A stretch of DNA of 64,000 bases, from positions 1-64,000 of the forward strand of contig CAWJCS010000001.1 of the NCBI GenBank assembly GCA_963841435.1, written 5' to 3'. The notes under the pieces are model-generated. The model had not been told where the DNA came from and made no database searches. It saw nothing but the letters and a program-made list of their open reading frames with translations. This stretch comes from an uncultured delta proteobacterium (lineage in GTDB: Bacteria; Myxococcota_A; Polyangia; Polyangiales; Polyangiaceae). The position numbers were made by a program, and so were the translations under genes. Below, piece by piece: positions 26,819 through 36,922 of the stretch. Each line of letters opens with the position of its first letter. Within the stretch, counting starts at the first letter, position 1.

Positions 26819-28564
26819 ATGTCGGGCGCGCGTCCTCACGTCCCTCCGCACCTCAGACACCTCGTCGTAGAGCAGGACTACGCGCGCTACACCGCCGTTG
26901 ACCAGGCAGTCTGGCGCTTCGTGCTCCTGCAGACCCGCGCGCGCCTCGTCGAGACGGCGCATCCGGCGTATCGCGAGGGGCTTGCGGCAACGGGCATCTC
27001 GGTCGAACGCATTCCGAGCATCGATGAAATGAACGACAAGCTCTCGCGCTTCGGCTGGAGCGCGGTGTGTGTGGACGGTTTCATCCCGCCGCGCGCGTTC
27101 AAGGAATTCCAGGCGCGCGGCATCTTGCCGATTGCGGCGGACATGCGCACGCTCGAACACCTCGTCTACACGCCGGCGCCCGACATCATCCACGAGGCTG
27201 CCGGTCACGCACCCATCCTTCCGGATCCGGTCTTCGCGTCGTACCTGAGGCGCATCGGTGAGGTCGGAAGGCGTGCTTTCACGCGACCCGAGGAAGGGCG
27301 CGTGTTCGCGGCCATCCACGAGCTGAGCGAGGTGAAGGAGGATCCGGGCGCGGAGCCGGAGCGCATTTCCGCGGCAGAGGCCGAGCTCGCGGCCGCGGTC
27401 GCGGGCGTCACGTTGCCGAGCGAGGCGAGCCTGGTGTCGCGGCTCTACTGGTGGACGGCGGAGTATGGGCTCGTGGGCACACCCGCTGACTACAAGATCT
27501 ACGGAGCGGGCCTGCTTTCGTCGCTCGGCGAGAGCCATTTTTGCCACGCCCCGAGCGTGAAGAAGCTCGTGCTCGACGAGCAAGCGACGTGCGTCACCTA
27601 CGACATCACCAAGCCCCAGCCCCAGCTCTTCGTGACGCCGAGCTTCGAGGCGCTGCATGACGTGCTCGAGCGCGTCGCAAAGACCATGGCCTTCGAGATC
27701 GGCGGCGCGCTCGCCCTCGAGCGCGCCATCGCGAGCCGGGAGCTTGCGAGCGCGCGCTTCTCGTCGGGCGCCTGGGTGATGGGCGTGCTCGACGCCGCCG
27801 GACCTCGGCTCGCGGCGCCCGCGTTCCTGCACTTCGCCGGACCCACGGCGGTCGCGTGGGACGGCCTGATCGGCGAAGCGGACGGCACCGAACGCGGCGC
27901 CGAGCAGTGGGTTCTCACGGGCGCCCTCGCGTCGGGCGAGCGGCTCGAGCAGCTGAGCGACGCCGTCCTCGCTCGGGCGCGCGACGAGCGGAGCGGCCGG
28001 CACGACCTCCGCTTCGCGTCGGGTGCGGTCGTTCACGGGCGCCTCGTGCGCCGCGGGCGCGACGCCGGCGGCCGGTTGCGCTCGCTCGATTTCGAGGACA
28101 CCCGCCTCGAGCTGCCCGAGCGCGCCCCGGTGTCGCTCGCCCAGTTCCGCTTGATCTCAGCGGGCGATTTCGTGACGGCCGAGGCGGGCGCCGTCGACGC
28201 CGCCTTCTACCCGAACGGTGACTTTCCCGGCACGCGCGTTCCGAAGCCCCACGCGATCCCCGAGCGCGATCGCGATCTCTTGGTGCTTTACGAGGAAGCC
28301 CTGCGCGCCCATCATGAGGGCGCGACCGAAGTGCGACGACATTTCCCCGGCATCTACGCGCGCCTCGCGCGCGACTTCCCGGACGAGTGGCTGCTCCGCT
28401 GGAACTTGGTCGAAAGCCTCCAGAAGCTGTCGGAAGATCCCGCGCTCGCGGCGACGCTCTGCGCCGAGCTCGAGGCGCTCGAGCTGTCGCTCAAGGGCGA
28501 GCAGCCGATCGCCACGGGGCTCGGCTACCTCGCGTCGATGCGTGCCGCAGTCGAGCATGCCTGA
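26819..28564 (+). CDS. phhA: Phenylalanine 4-monooxygenase, long form
   Basis: YTPAPDIIHEAAGH, RLYWWTAEYGL, IYGAGLLSS and YDITKPQPQLFV motifs. Confidence 0.92.
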   Translation: MSGARPHVPPHLRHLVVEQDYARYTAVDQAVWRFVLLQTRARLVETAHPAYREGLAATGISVERIPSIDEMNDKLSRFGWSAVCVDGFIPPRAFKEFQARGILPIAADMRTLEHLVYTPAPDIIHEAAGHAPILPDPVFASYLRRIGEVGRRAFTRPEEGRVFAAIHELSEVKEDPGAEPERISAAEAELAAAVAGVTLPSEASLVSRLYWWTAEYGLVGTPADYKIYGAGLLSSLGESHFCHAPSVKKLVLDEQATCVTYDITKPQPQLFVTPSFEALHDVLERVAKTMAFEIGGALALERAIASRELASARFSSGAWVMGVLDAAGPRLAAPAFLHFAGPTAVAWDGLIGEADGTERGAEQWVLTGALASGERLEQLSDAVLARARDERSGRHDLRFASGAVVHGRLVRRGRDAGGRLRSLDFEDTRLELPERAPVSLAQFRLISAGDFVTAEAGAVDAAFYPNGDFPGTRVPKPHAIPERDRDLLVLYEEALRAHHEGATEVRRHFPGIYARLARDFPDEWLLRWNLVESLQKLSEDPALAATLCAELEALELSLKGEQPIATGLGYLASMRAAVEHA

Positions 28565-30233
28565 AATCCACGGCAACACTTCGGGTCTTGCGCCGAGCGC
28601 GCTGAAGGCGCTCGAGCGCATTTACCGGCGGCGCGTTCCGTCCGATCGCATCGCGACGCCGGAGCTGGTCCGCTCGCTCGTCGAGGCGTCGCGCGAGAGC
28701 AAGCGTCAGGTGGGGGCGCTCGTGCATCGATCGGGCGCCGTCGACAGCGTGATCGTGGGCCACGCCACCGGCATCATGCTGCCCGACATCGGTCGGTTGC
28801 GCGCCGCGGAGGGGCGCTTTCGCGCCCTGCGTCTCGTGCACACGCACCTCTTCGACGAGCCGCTCACCCACGACGACATCGTCGATCTCACGCGCCTCCG
28901 GCTCGACCTCGTGGCTGCCGTACTGCTCGGTCCCGATGGCGAGCCGCGCCGCCTGACCTGGGCGTACAACGTGCCCGTGCTCGATTCGGGCGTGCCGTAC
29001 CGGATCGTCGGGCCCGAGCCGTACGGCCAGCCGCAGCCCGACGTGGGCTCGCTCGTCGCCTCGCTCGAGGCCGAGTTCGCGCGGCGCTCGCGCTCGCGGC
29101 GCGTGAAGGCAAAGGATGGCCTCGCCATCCTCGTTCACGTGGGCGACAAGCGGCACCGCGGCGCGTTCGGGCGCGCAACGGCCAGGCTCGACGAGCTAGC
29201 GGCGCTCGCACGCACGGCGGGCGTCGAAGTTGCCGATCGCGTGATCCAGCTGCGTGACGGTCTCGATCCGAAGTTCCTCCTCGGTCAGGGCAAGCTCGCC
29301 GACGTCGTCATGCGCGCCATCGATCTGGACGCCGAGACGCTGATTTTCGACGCCGATCTGAGCCCCGCGCAGGCGCACGGCATCGCGTCGCGCACGGACC
29401 TTCGCGTCATCGACCGCACGCAGCTCATCCTCGACATCTTCGCGCAACGCGCCGAGAGCCGCGACGGCAAGCTCCAGGTCGAGCTCGCGCAGCTCAAGTA
29501 TTCCCTGCCGCGCCTCGCGCAGAAGGACGACGCGTTGAGCCGCCTCACGGGCGGTATCGGCGGGCGGGGCCCGGGCGAAACGAAGCTCGAGCTCGGGCGA
29601 CGCCGGGCACGCGAGCGCATTCATCGCCTGGAGCGCGCCCTCGCGGTGATCGAGAAGCAGCGCGGTGTGCGCGGCAAGCGGCGGCGCGAGAGCGAGCTCT
29701 TGCGCGTCGCGCTCGTCGGCTACACGAACGCCGGCAAGAGCACGCTGCTCAACGCGCTGACGGGTGCGGGTGTTCTCGCCGAAGACAAGCTGTTCGCGAC
29801 GCTCGATCCGCGCTCGCGGCGGCTCGTCCTGCCCGGCGGCGAGCGGCTCATCGTGAGCGACACGGTGGGGCTCATCCGCGACATGCCGGCGGCCCTTTTC
29901 GCGGCCTTTCGCGCGACCTTCGAGCAGGCCGCGGAGGCGGACGTGCTCGTCGAGGTCGTCGATGCATCCGACCCCGAGCACGCGGATCACCTGGAGAGCA
30001 CCGAGCGGGTCCTCTCCGAGCTCGAGCTCGTGGACCGTCCGCGGCTGCGCGTGCTCAACAAGGCCGACCGGCTCTCTCCCGAAGAGCGCGCCGCCCTCGT
30101 CGAGCGGGGCGATGGCATCGTGTCTTCGGCGGAGGAGCCCCAGGGCCTCGACGCGCTCGTCGCTGACCTCGCCGAACGCGCGCGCTCGACCATCGAGCGT
30201 CGCGAACCGGTCGAGCTCGACGGTCCGATTTGA
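28557..30233 (+). CDS. hflX: GTPase HflX with an N-terminal extension
   Basis: DRTQLILDIFAQRA, GGRGPGETKLE, GYTNAGKS, LFATLD, DTVG and NKAD motifs. Confidence 0.95.
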   Translation: MPEIHGNTSGLAPSALKALERIYRRRVPSDRIATPELVRSLVEASRESKRQVGALVHRSGAVDSVIVGHATGIMLPDIGRLRAAEGRFRALRLVHTHLFDEPLTHDDIVDLTRLRLDLVAAVLLGPDGEPRRLTWAYNVPVLDSGVPYRIVGPEPYGQPQPDVGSLVASLEAEFARRSRSRRVKAKDGLAILVHVGDKRHRGAFGRATARLDELAALARTAGVEVADRVIQLRDGLDPKFLLGQGKLADVVMRAIDLDAETLIFDADLSPAQAHGIASRTDLRVIDRTQLILDIFAQRAESRDGKLQVELAQLKYSLPRLAQKDDALSRLTGGIGGRGPGETKLELGRRRARERIHRLERALAVIEKQRGVRGKRRRESELLRVALVGYTNAGKSTLLNALTGAGVLAEDKLFATLDPRSRRLVLPGGERLIVSDTVGLIRDMPAALFAAFRATFEQAAEADVLVEVVDASDPEHADHLESTERVLSELELVDRPRLRVLNKADRLSPEERAALVERGDGIVSSAEEPQGLDALVADLAERARSTIERREPVELDGPI

Positions 30234-30389
30234 GCTCCTCAACGGCTCGGTGAGTCTCGAAATGCCAAAGTACGGCGCTGCGTCGTTCCGTGTCGACGTC
30301 CCCCGGGCGCTCTGGGCGTCTCGAGACGGAACGTCTCTCGAAAGCGAGCAGATCCTCGCGCGTCCGGCAAATCTCGTTCTCGCCCCCGA

Positions 30390-30473
30390 GACGACTCCGA
30401 CTTCGCCTGGCAGTGGAACGATCTGTTGTGCACGACGGCCCGCATGGGCTTCGTCTGCGAACCGACCGAATGA
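30390..30473 (+). pseudogene. Remnant of a C-type lectin domain C-terminus
   Basis: Reads DDSDFAWQWNDLLCTTARMGFVCEPTE*, matching the WND..C....FVCE signature, with no credible upstream gene body. Confidence 0.55.
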
Positions 30474-30560
30474 GGCCCGCTCGGCGCCGATCCCGGGTGG
30501 TGGGGTGGTGGCGCGGGCGCGGATTGTCTCGGCGCGGCGCCTGGTCTAAACCCGGGGTTG

Positions 30561-31616
30561 ATGAAAAACCCATGGATCCTCGTGACCGGTGCCAACGGGT
30601 TCATCGGCAATGCGCTCGTGCGGCGGCTAATTGCGCGCGGCGAGCACGTGAAGGGCTTCGTGCGAGCGGGCGCGGACTTGCGCCCGCTCGAGGGCCTGCC
30701 TCCCGAGCGCTTTCAGCTCGCCGTGGGAGACATCACTGTCGAGCATACGGTCTACCGGGCGCTCGCGAGCTGCTCGCAGCTCTTCCACGTCGCGGGCGCG
30801 TACGACTATCGGCACAAGCAAAAGAAGCACGTCCTCGATACGGGCGCGCTCGCGGCGCGACAGGTGATGGGCGCTGCTCGTCGCCGTAGCATCGAGAACA
30901 TCGTCGTGACGAGCAGCTGCGCCGTGCTCGGTATTTCGTCGACGCCCGACGCGATGGACGAGACTCACCCCTTCAACCTGACTGATCCCGAGCCGTACAT
31001 CGAGGCGAAGGTCGAGGCGGATGCCGCGTACGACGAGCTCGTCGACGCCGGCATGCCGATCGTCCGGGTCATGCCGAGCGGGGTGTTCGGCCCCGGCGAC
31101 TGGAAGCCCACCCCGAACGGCCAGGGCCTCCTCGAATACATGCAGCTTTCGCCAGGCCTTTCGATGCCCGTGTCCGAGGGCGGCATCAACGTGGTCGACG
31201 TTGAGGACGTCGTCGAGGGCCACCTGCGTGCCATGGAGGTGGGCGACATCGGCGAACGCTACATCCTCGGCGGCGAGAACGTCACGTTCACGCAGATGTT
31301 CCAGATGCTCGCCGACATCACCGGGCTCGCCGAGCCGAGCAATCCGAAGGGGCCGGTCATGATCGGGCTGCTCGCCTGGCTCATGGAGCTTCGTTCCACG
31401 CTCACCGGCAAGTCGCCGACGCTCACGACGCGCCTCGCGCGGGACTACGCGCACGCGTACGTTTGGGTGACGAGCGAGAAGGCCGAGCAGGACCTCGGAT
31501 ACCAGCATCGCCCGGCGCGCGAGGCGCTTTCGCGCTCGGTGCGCTGGTTCATCGAGAAGGGATACGTTCCGGGCTCGGTCGCGGACCAGGTTCGGCTCGA
31601 GCTAAGGCCCGTGTGA
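30561..31616 (+). CDS. NAD-dependent epimerase/dehydratase (HpnA/dihydroflavonol reductase-like)
   Basis: VTGANGFIG, YIEAK, GPGDWKPTP and GERYILGGEN motifs. Confidence 0.9.
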   Translation: MKNPWILVTGANGFIGNALVRRLIARGEHVKGFVRAGADLRPLEGLPPERFQLAVGDITVEHTVYRALASCSQLFHVAGAYDYRHKQKKHVLDTGALAARQVMGAARRRSIENIVVTSSCAVLGISSTPDAMDETHPFNLTDPEPYIEAKVEADAAYDELVDAGMPIVRVMPSGVFGPGDWKPTPNGQGLLEYMQLSPGLSMPVSEGGINVVDVEDVVEGHLRAMEVGDIGERYILGGENVTFTQMFQMLADITGLAEPSNPKGPVMIGLLAWLMELRSTLTGKSPTLTTRLARDYAHAYVWVTSEKAEQDLGYQHRPAREALSRSVRWFIEKGYVPGSVADQVRLELRPV

Positions 31617-32317
31617 GCGACGCGCGCGGACGGGGCGCCTCCGGCGCGACATTCGGGCTCGCTTCGGTTGCCGCCGCGCTCGTCGTGGTGCCCGCGACCC
31701 TGCGCGTCGCCGCGGCCGGCGCCGGCGTGCTCCCGGTCTGGGTCGGGCTTGCGGGGGGCAGCGCGTTGCTCGTCGGTCCCGTCGTCGCGCTCGCAGCGAG
31801 CCTTGGTGGCCCGGGTCGGCTCGTGGCGCCCGGCGTCGGCATCGGGCTCTCTGCCGCACCGGTGGCGCTCCTCGGCGCCATGCTCAAGGCCACGACCCAT
31901 CACCGGCCCCTCGGCGCGGCAACGTTCGGCGTTCTCGCGCTCGCGCTCGTGCTTGCGGCTCTGTTCGTTGCAGCGCGGGCGTTCAGCGCGTTTCACGCGC
32001 GTCCGACGCCGGGGCACCGGGCCCTCGTCGCGCTGCTCATGGTGCTCGCGCTCGCGAGCTTCGGCGGCGTCCTCGTCGTCTCGCTCGCCGATCCCGGCTT
32101 GCGCGCTCACGTCATCGACGGCTCCCTGCTCGTCGTCGCGGCGGCCGCTGCCCTCGGTGGGCAAAGGTGGTTGCCGAGGGTCGCGTGGCTCGGGCTCGCG
32201 GGCTGGGGCCTGTGGGGAATCTTGGTGCTCGGGTCCGCGTTCCTGGGCCGAAGTGGCACTTTCGAGCAACTCCGCGAGCGGGCACCGGTTTTGGCCGGGC
32301 CCGCCGCGTGGCTCTGA
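31613..32317 (+). CDS. Hypothetical membrane protein
   Basis: GTGA overlap with the previous stop; multiple hydrophobic segments. Confidence 0.7.
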   Translation: MSDARGRGASGATFGLASVAAALVVVPATLRVAAAGAGVLPVWVGLAGGSALLVGPVVALAASLGGPGRLVAPGVGIGLSAAPVALLGAMLKATTHHRPLGAATFGVLALALVLAALFVAARAFSAFHARPTPGHRALVALLMVLALASFGGVLVVSLADPGLRAHVIDGSLLVVAAAAALGGQRWLPRVAWLGLAGWGLWGILVLGSAFLGRSGTFEQLRERAPVLAGPAAWL

Positions 32318-32423
32318 CCAGGCACGGCTCCGGGTCGAGTTGACTGGGGCCGATCGCGTTCTTAAGTTTCGTAGGGTGTCGCGCGCAGTCGGTGGCTCAA
32401 GGCGTCGCAACGGCGCCGCCCGG

Positions 32424-33648
32424 ATGCCCCGCCTGCTCCAGCGCCTCGTCTGGGTGCTCGCTCTGCTCTTCCTTTCGAGCGGTGCCGGGGCAGCGGATCG
32501 GGCGGACGGCGTGCGCACGGGTCACACCGAGCTGAGCGGGCCGCAGGCCGCCACGCAGGAGCCCGTCGCCGTCGAGCTGTCGCACGACGAGCTCTCGCCG
32601 CCGTCCGACGCGCCACGGCTCGACGACGACGCTGCGCGGCTGCCGCCCGTCGCGCCCGGCTTCAACACCTACGACGGCGGGTGGATTCGCTTCACTTATC
32701 ACCCGAGCGCGCGCGAGCGCATCGAGCCGCTGATCGCCGATGCCGACGACGCGCGGCGTGACATCGAGGCCTGGCTCGGCCAGCCCGTGCTCGGCCGCGT
32801 GCGCGTCAACATCGCCCGCACGCCCGGAGAAATGAAGACGCTCGCTCCCGCCGGGGCTCCCTATCCGGACTACGCCTCGGGCGTCGCCTACCCGGAGATC
32901 GGCCTCGTGCTTTTGACGCTGTCTCCGCTGTCGCCAAACGATCCTCACGACGTTCGATCAGATTTTCCGCCACGAGCTCGCGCACGTCGCGCTAAACGAC
33001 GCGGTCGGGGGCCGAGCGGTGCCGCGCTGGTTCAACGAGGGGTTCGCCGTGCTCGCTTCCGGGGAAACCTCCGCCGATCGCCTGTGGACGCTGTGGACCG
33101 CGACGGTCGGAGACCGGCTGTTGCCGCTGTCGGAGGTGGAGCGCACGTTTCCGAGCGACGCCGTGAAGGCGTCGGTCGCCTACGCAGAAGCCGTCGACGT
33201 TGTGCGCTTCCTCGTGCGGAGGGAGGAGCGACACCGCTTCCGCGCGCTCGTCCGCGAGCTTCGCGAAGGAAAATCCCTAGATGCGGCGTCGAAGGACGCG
33301 TACGGCGTCGGCCTCGCCACGCTCGAGCACGAGTGGCGCGAGGACGTTGCGAAGCGTTACACGTTCTGGCCGATCCTGTTCAGCGGCACCGCCGTCTGGG
33401 TGGGCATGCTGGGGCTCTTCGTCTGGGGCTGGCGCAAGCGACGGGCGCGGAGCCGCGCCACGCTCGAACGCTGGGCCGTTGACGAGGCACGCGAAGATCA
33501 CCTGCGTCGCCTGCAGGAAAACGCCCGCATCCACATCGTGCTCGCGCGCGCGCCGACCGTCGGGTCGACGCCCGTCCCGAGCTCCACCCCGCTGGAGATC
33601 GAGGTGCCGCGCGTTCAACACGAGGGCGAGTGGCACACGCTGCACTGA
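32424..33648 (+). pseudogene. Peptidase MA-like zinc metalloprotease, frameshifted near 32952
   Basis: The signal-peptide frame ends ...PNDPHDV; the other frame continues DQIFRHELAHVAL...PRWFNEG (HExxH plus downstream E). Confidence 0.8.
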
Positions 33649-33665
33649 GCGCAGTGTGAGGGGCG

Positions 33666-34517
33666 CTACACTCGGCCCCAGCGCCGCATCGCGCGCACTG
33701 TCGCCCACGAAAGCACGCCACGAGGAACGACGCGCGCGGCGAGCGTCTGCGCCGCGTTGACGACGCCGGGGACGTATAGCGTGCGACCGCGCTCATAGGC
33801 GTGGAGCGCGCCCTCGACCGTGCGGGTGGCGCTCAGCACCGCCACACCCAAGCCCGGTCGCTCCAATCCAGCGGCTGCCTGGAACCCGGTGCGCACCGGT
33901 CCCGGACAAAAGGCCATCGCGTGAACGCCCGAGCCTTCGAGCTCCGTAGCGAGAGCGAGCGTGAAGCTCAAGACGAACGCCTTGGTTGCGGCGTAGGTGG
34001 CCATGTACGGCACCGGCTGGAAGCCCGCTGTCGACGCGACGTTGATGACGCCGCCGCGGCGCGCCTCGAGCATCGGGCAGAGGAGGCCCCGCGTCAGAGA
34101 CACGACGGCCTCGACGTTGAGGCGGACCATGGCGGCCTCGCGCTCTGCCTCGCGCGTGGCGAGCGGTCCGGCGCTCCCGAAGCCGGCGTTGTTGACGAGG
34201 AGATTGACGGGCACGCCCAACGCCGCGACCTGCTCGAGCAGTCGCATGGCGCCGCCGGGCTCGGAGAGATCAGCCGGGATGGCGCGTGCCGCGATGCCGT
34301 TGACGCGGCCGAGGTCGCTCGCGATCTCCTCGAGCCGACTCTCGGAGCGCGCCGTGAGGATGAGGTTCGCTCCCCGGCGCGCGAGGCTGCGGGCCATCTC
34401 GGTTCCGAGTCCGGACGAGGCACCCGTCACGAGCGCCCACCGGCCGCTGAAGCGCGCACCGGCGGGCCCGCCGCCTCGCGTCACCGAGACATCGCTGGGT
34501 GGTCGACGCTCGTTCAC
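33666..34517 (-). CDS. Short-chain dehydrogenase/reductase
   Basis: TGASSGLG, NNAG and YAATK motifs. Confidence 0.92.
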   Translation of the reverse strand: MNERRPPSDVSVTRGGGPAGARFSGRWALVTGASSGLGTEMARSLARRGANLILTARSESRLEEIASDLGRVNGIAARAIPADLSEPGGAMRLLEQVAALGVPVNLLVNNAGFGSAGPLATREAEREAAMVRLNVEAVVSLTRGLLCPMLEARRGGVINVASTAGFQPVPYMATYAATKAFVLSFTLALATELEGSGVHAMAFCPGPVRTGFQAAAGLERPGLGVAVLSATRTVEGALHAYERGRTLYVPGVVNAAQTLAARVVPRGVLSWATVRAMRRWGRV

Positions 34518-34584
34518 GGAGTTTTCTCATTAATCACGATACCGCCCCCGATTCGTCACAAAAGTCCTGTCGTGTGACACGCCG

Positions 34585-35784
34585 ATGGCGAATCGAAGAA
34601 ATGTGCATCGATCGAGGGCTTTTGGAAGGTGTTTCGTGCTCTGTGCGCTTGGTTGGTCCGTCTGCGCGAACGCGCAGCCGGCGGCTCCCGAGCTCCAACA
34701 GGCGGGGGTGCCGGCTGCGCCTGCGGCGACCGCCCCCGGACCCCTGCCCGAGCCGCCCGCAGCTCCTGCGGCGCGGTCGAGCCTTTCCGTCGGTAAGGCG
34801 CTCGGCGGCACGTTCCAGCCGAGCGCCCTCTTGCAGTTCTGGGTCGTCGCAAGCCGACAGAGCGTGCGCGAGCCCGCCGACGAGACGACGTTCTCTTTTC
34901 GGCTTCGACGCGCCGAGCTCAAGATGAAAGGCGATATCATCCCGGACACCGTTCGGTATCAGCTGATGCTGGATGCCGCGCGGGCTCTCGAGCCGAACGC
35001 CGTCGAGGTTGCGACGCCTGGGGACGCTGGTACCGTGAAAGTAACCGGGTCCTCGGGTGCGCTGACGATCCTCTGTGACTTCTTCATCACGTTTCCGACC
35101 GACTTCGTCGACGTCTCCGTCGGGCAGTACCGCATTCCCATCGGTTACGAAAGTTACAATTCTTCGTCGAAGTTGCTCTTCCCGGAGCGGGCTCCCATCG
35201 AGCGATATTACGGTGACCGTCGCGACATCGGTGTGAGGCTGGAGAAGAAGATTGGCCGCTACCTTGGCTACTACGCAGGCATCTTCAACGGATCCGGGCA
35301 AAACAAGCTCGACGACGACCGGGCAAAGGACGTCGCGCTGCGGCTCGAGGTCTACCCGATCGAGGGGCTCACACTGGCCGGCGTGGGCTACACCACGCTC
35401 GGCAAGCGCGAAGGCGTCACGCGGGATCGTCTCGAGGGGGATCTCAGGTACGAAGGCTACGGTGCCCTGGTCCTCGCCGAGCACATCCGCGGTTGGGACC
35501 GCAAGAACCAGGCGCCCGCCGTCCGCGGTCAGGGGACGACGATCCAGCTTGCCTATACGATCCTCGATCGCCTGCAACCGATGGCTCGTTTCGGGGACAT
35601 CGATCCCGACATGGACAAATGGGGCGACCACTACCGGCACTACGAGGGCGGGCTCGCGTGGCTGATCCAGTCGAACGAGGCGAAGATCACGCTGAGCGTG
35701 TCGGGCTATGATCCCACGCACACCGATCACCGCACCAATGTCGCCAAGACGGAAGCCATTCTTTCCACTCAGGCAAGCTTCTGA
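34585..35784 (+). CDS. Phosphate-selective porin O/P-like outer membrane protein
   Basis: FRLRRAELKMKG, VGQYRIP, RDIGV, GIFNGSG, terminal Phe; upstream of pstS. Confidence 0.8.
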   Translation: MANRRNVHRSRAFGRCFVLCALGWSVCANAQPAAPELQQAGVPAAPAATAPGPLPEPPAAPAARSSLSVGKALGGTFQPSALLQFWVVASRQSVREPADETTFSFRLRRAELKMKGDIIPDTVRYQLMLDAARALEPNAVEVATPGDAGTVKVTGSSGALTILCDFFITFPTDFVDVSVGQYRIPIGYESYNSSSKLLFPERAPIERYYGDRRDIGVRLEKKIGRYLGYYAGIFNGSGQNKLDDDRAKDVALRLEVYPIEGLTLAGVGYTTLGKREGVTRDRLEGDLRYEGYGALVLAEHIRGWDRKNQAPAVRGQGTTIQLAYTILDRLQPMARFGDIDPDMDKWGDHYRHYEGGLAWLIQSNEAKITLSVSGYDPTHTDHRTNVAKTEAILSTQASF

Positions 35785-35868
35785 CTGGTGTCACCAGCTC
35801 GTGAGCGCGACGCTCGGGCGCGACAAGCTCCGGGAGGGCTCCGAATCGCGTCGCGCTCGAGGCGGCGG

Positions 35869-36912
35869 ATGATCGATCGTCGCTCGGTCCTCGCCGGCTT
35901 GCTGCTCGCCGGCTGCGGTCAGCGCTGCGAGCGCTCGACGGGCGGCGTATCGCTGCATGGCGCGGGCGCGACCTTCCCATTTCCGCTGTATTCCAAGTGG
36001 ATCGACGAGTACCACCGGCTCGTGCCGAACGTGCGGGTCAATTACCAGCCCATCGGCTCTGGCGGTGGGGTCCGTCAGATCCTCGCGGGCACCGTGGACT
36101 TCGGAGCGAGCGACGTTCCTCTCGCGCCGGACGAGCTTGCGCGCGTGAGCGCACCGGTCCTGCACGTCCCCACCTCCGTCGGTGCGGTCGTTGTCAGCTA
36201 CAACGTGTCGGGGCTCGGCGCTCCCATTCGCTTCACGCCGGAGCTCTTGACCAAGATCTTCCTCGGAGACATCGTGCGCTGGAGCGCGCCCGACTTCGCT
36301 CGCTTGAACCCGGGCATCGCGCTGGCCGACGAGCCGATCACGGTCGTCTTCCGCTCCGACGGGAGCGGCACGACGGCGCTCTTCACCGAGTGCCTGGCGT
36401 CGGCGAGCTCCGAGTGGCGGGACAAGGTCGGCAGCGCGAAGAACGTGCGGTTCCCCGTCGGGCTAGGCGCCAAGGGCAACGAGGGCGTCACGGGCATCCT
36501 GCGTTCCACACCGGGGACGCTCAGCTATACCGAGCTGGCGTACGCGAAGCAGAACGACTTGCCGCTCGGGGCGATCCAGAACCGGGCAGGCCGCTTCGTG
36601 ATCCCCTCCGTTGCCGCCGTGACGGCCGCCGCGGAGAGTGTGGCCATGCCCGATGCGCTCCACGTTTCCCTGCGCGACACAGCGAGCGACGCCGCCTACC
36701 CGCTTTCGGCCTACACCTACCTGCTCGTTCACCGCGACAACGACCACGCCGACAAGGGCGAGGCGCTCGCCCGCTTCTTGTGGTGGGCGGTGCACGAAGG
36801 TCAGCGCTTCGCTGCGCCCCTCGACTACTCGCCGCTACCGACCCCCGTCGTGACGAAGCTCGAGCGTGCTCTCGGCACGCTGCGCGTCTCGGGTCATCCA
36901 GTCCACTACTGA
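35869..36912 (+). CDS. pstS: Phosphate ABC transporter substrate-binding protein
   Basis: GAGATFPFPLY, YQPIGSGGG, DFGASD, RSDGSGTT and GAKGNEGV motifs. Confidence 0.95.
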   Translation: MIDRRSVLAGLLLAGCGQRCERSTGGVSLHGAGATFPFPLYSKWIDEYHRLVPNVRVNYQPIGSGGGVRQILAGTVDFGASDVPLAPDELARVSAPVLHVPTSVGAVVVSYNVSGLGAPIRFTPELLTKIFLGDIVRWSAPDFARLNPGIALADEPITVVFRSDGSGTTALFTECLASASSEWRDKVGSAKNVRFPVGLGAKGNEGVTGILRSTPGTLSYTELAYAKQNDLPLGAIQNRAGRFVIPSVAAVTAAAESVAMPDALHVSLRDTASDAAYPLSAYTYLLVHRDNDHADKGEALARFLWWAVHEGQRFAAPLDYSPLPTPVVTKLERALGTLRVSGHPVHY

Positions 36913-36922
36913 CCCCCGCTCG

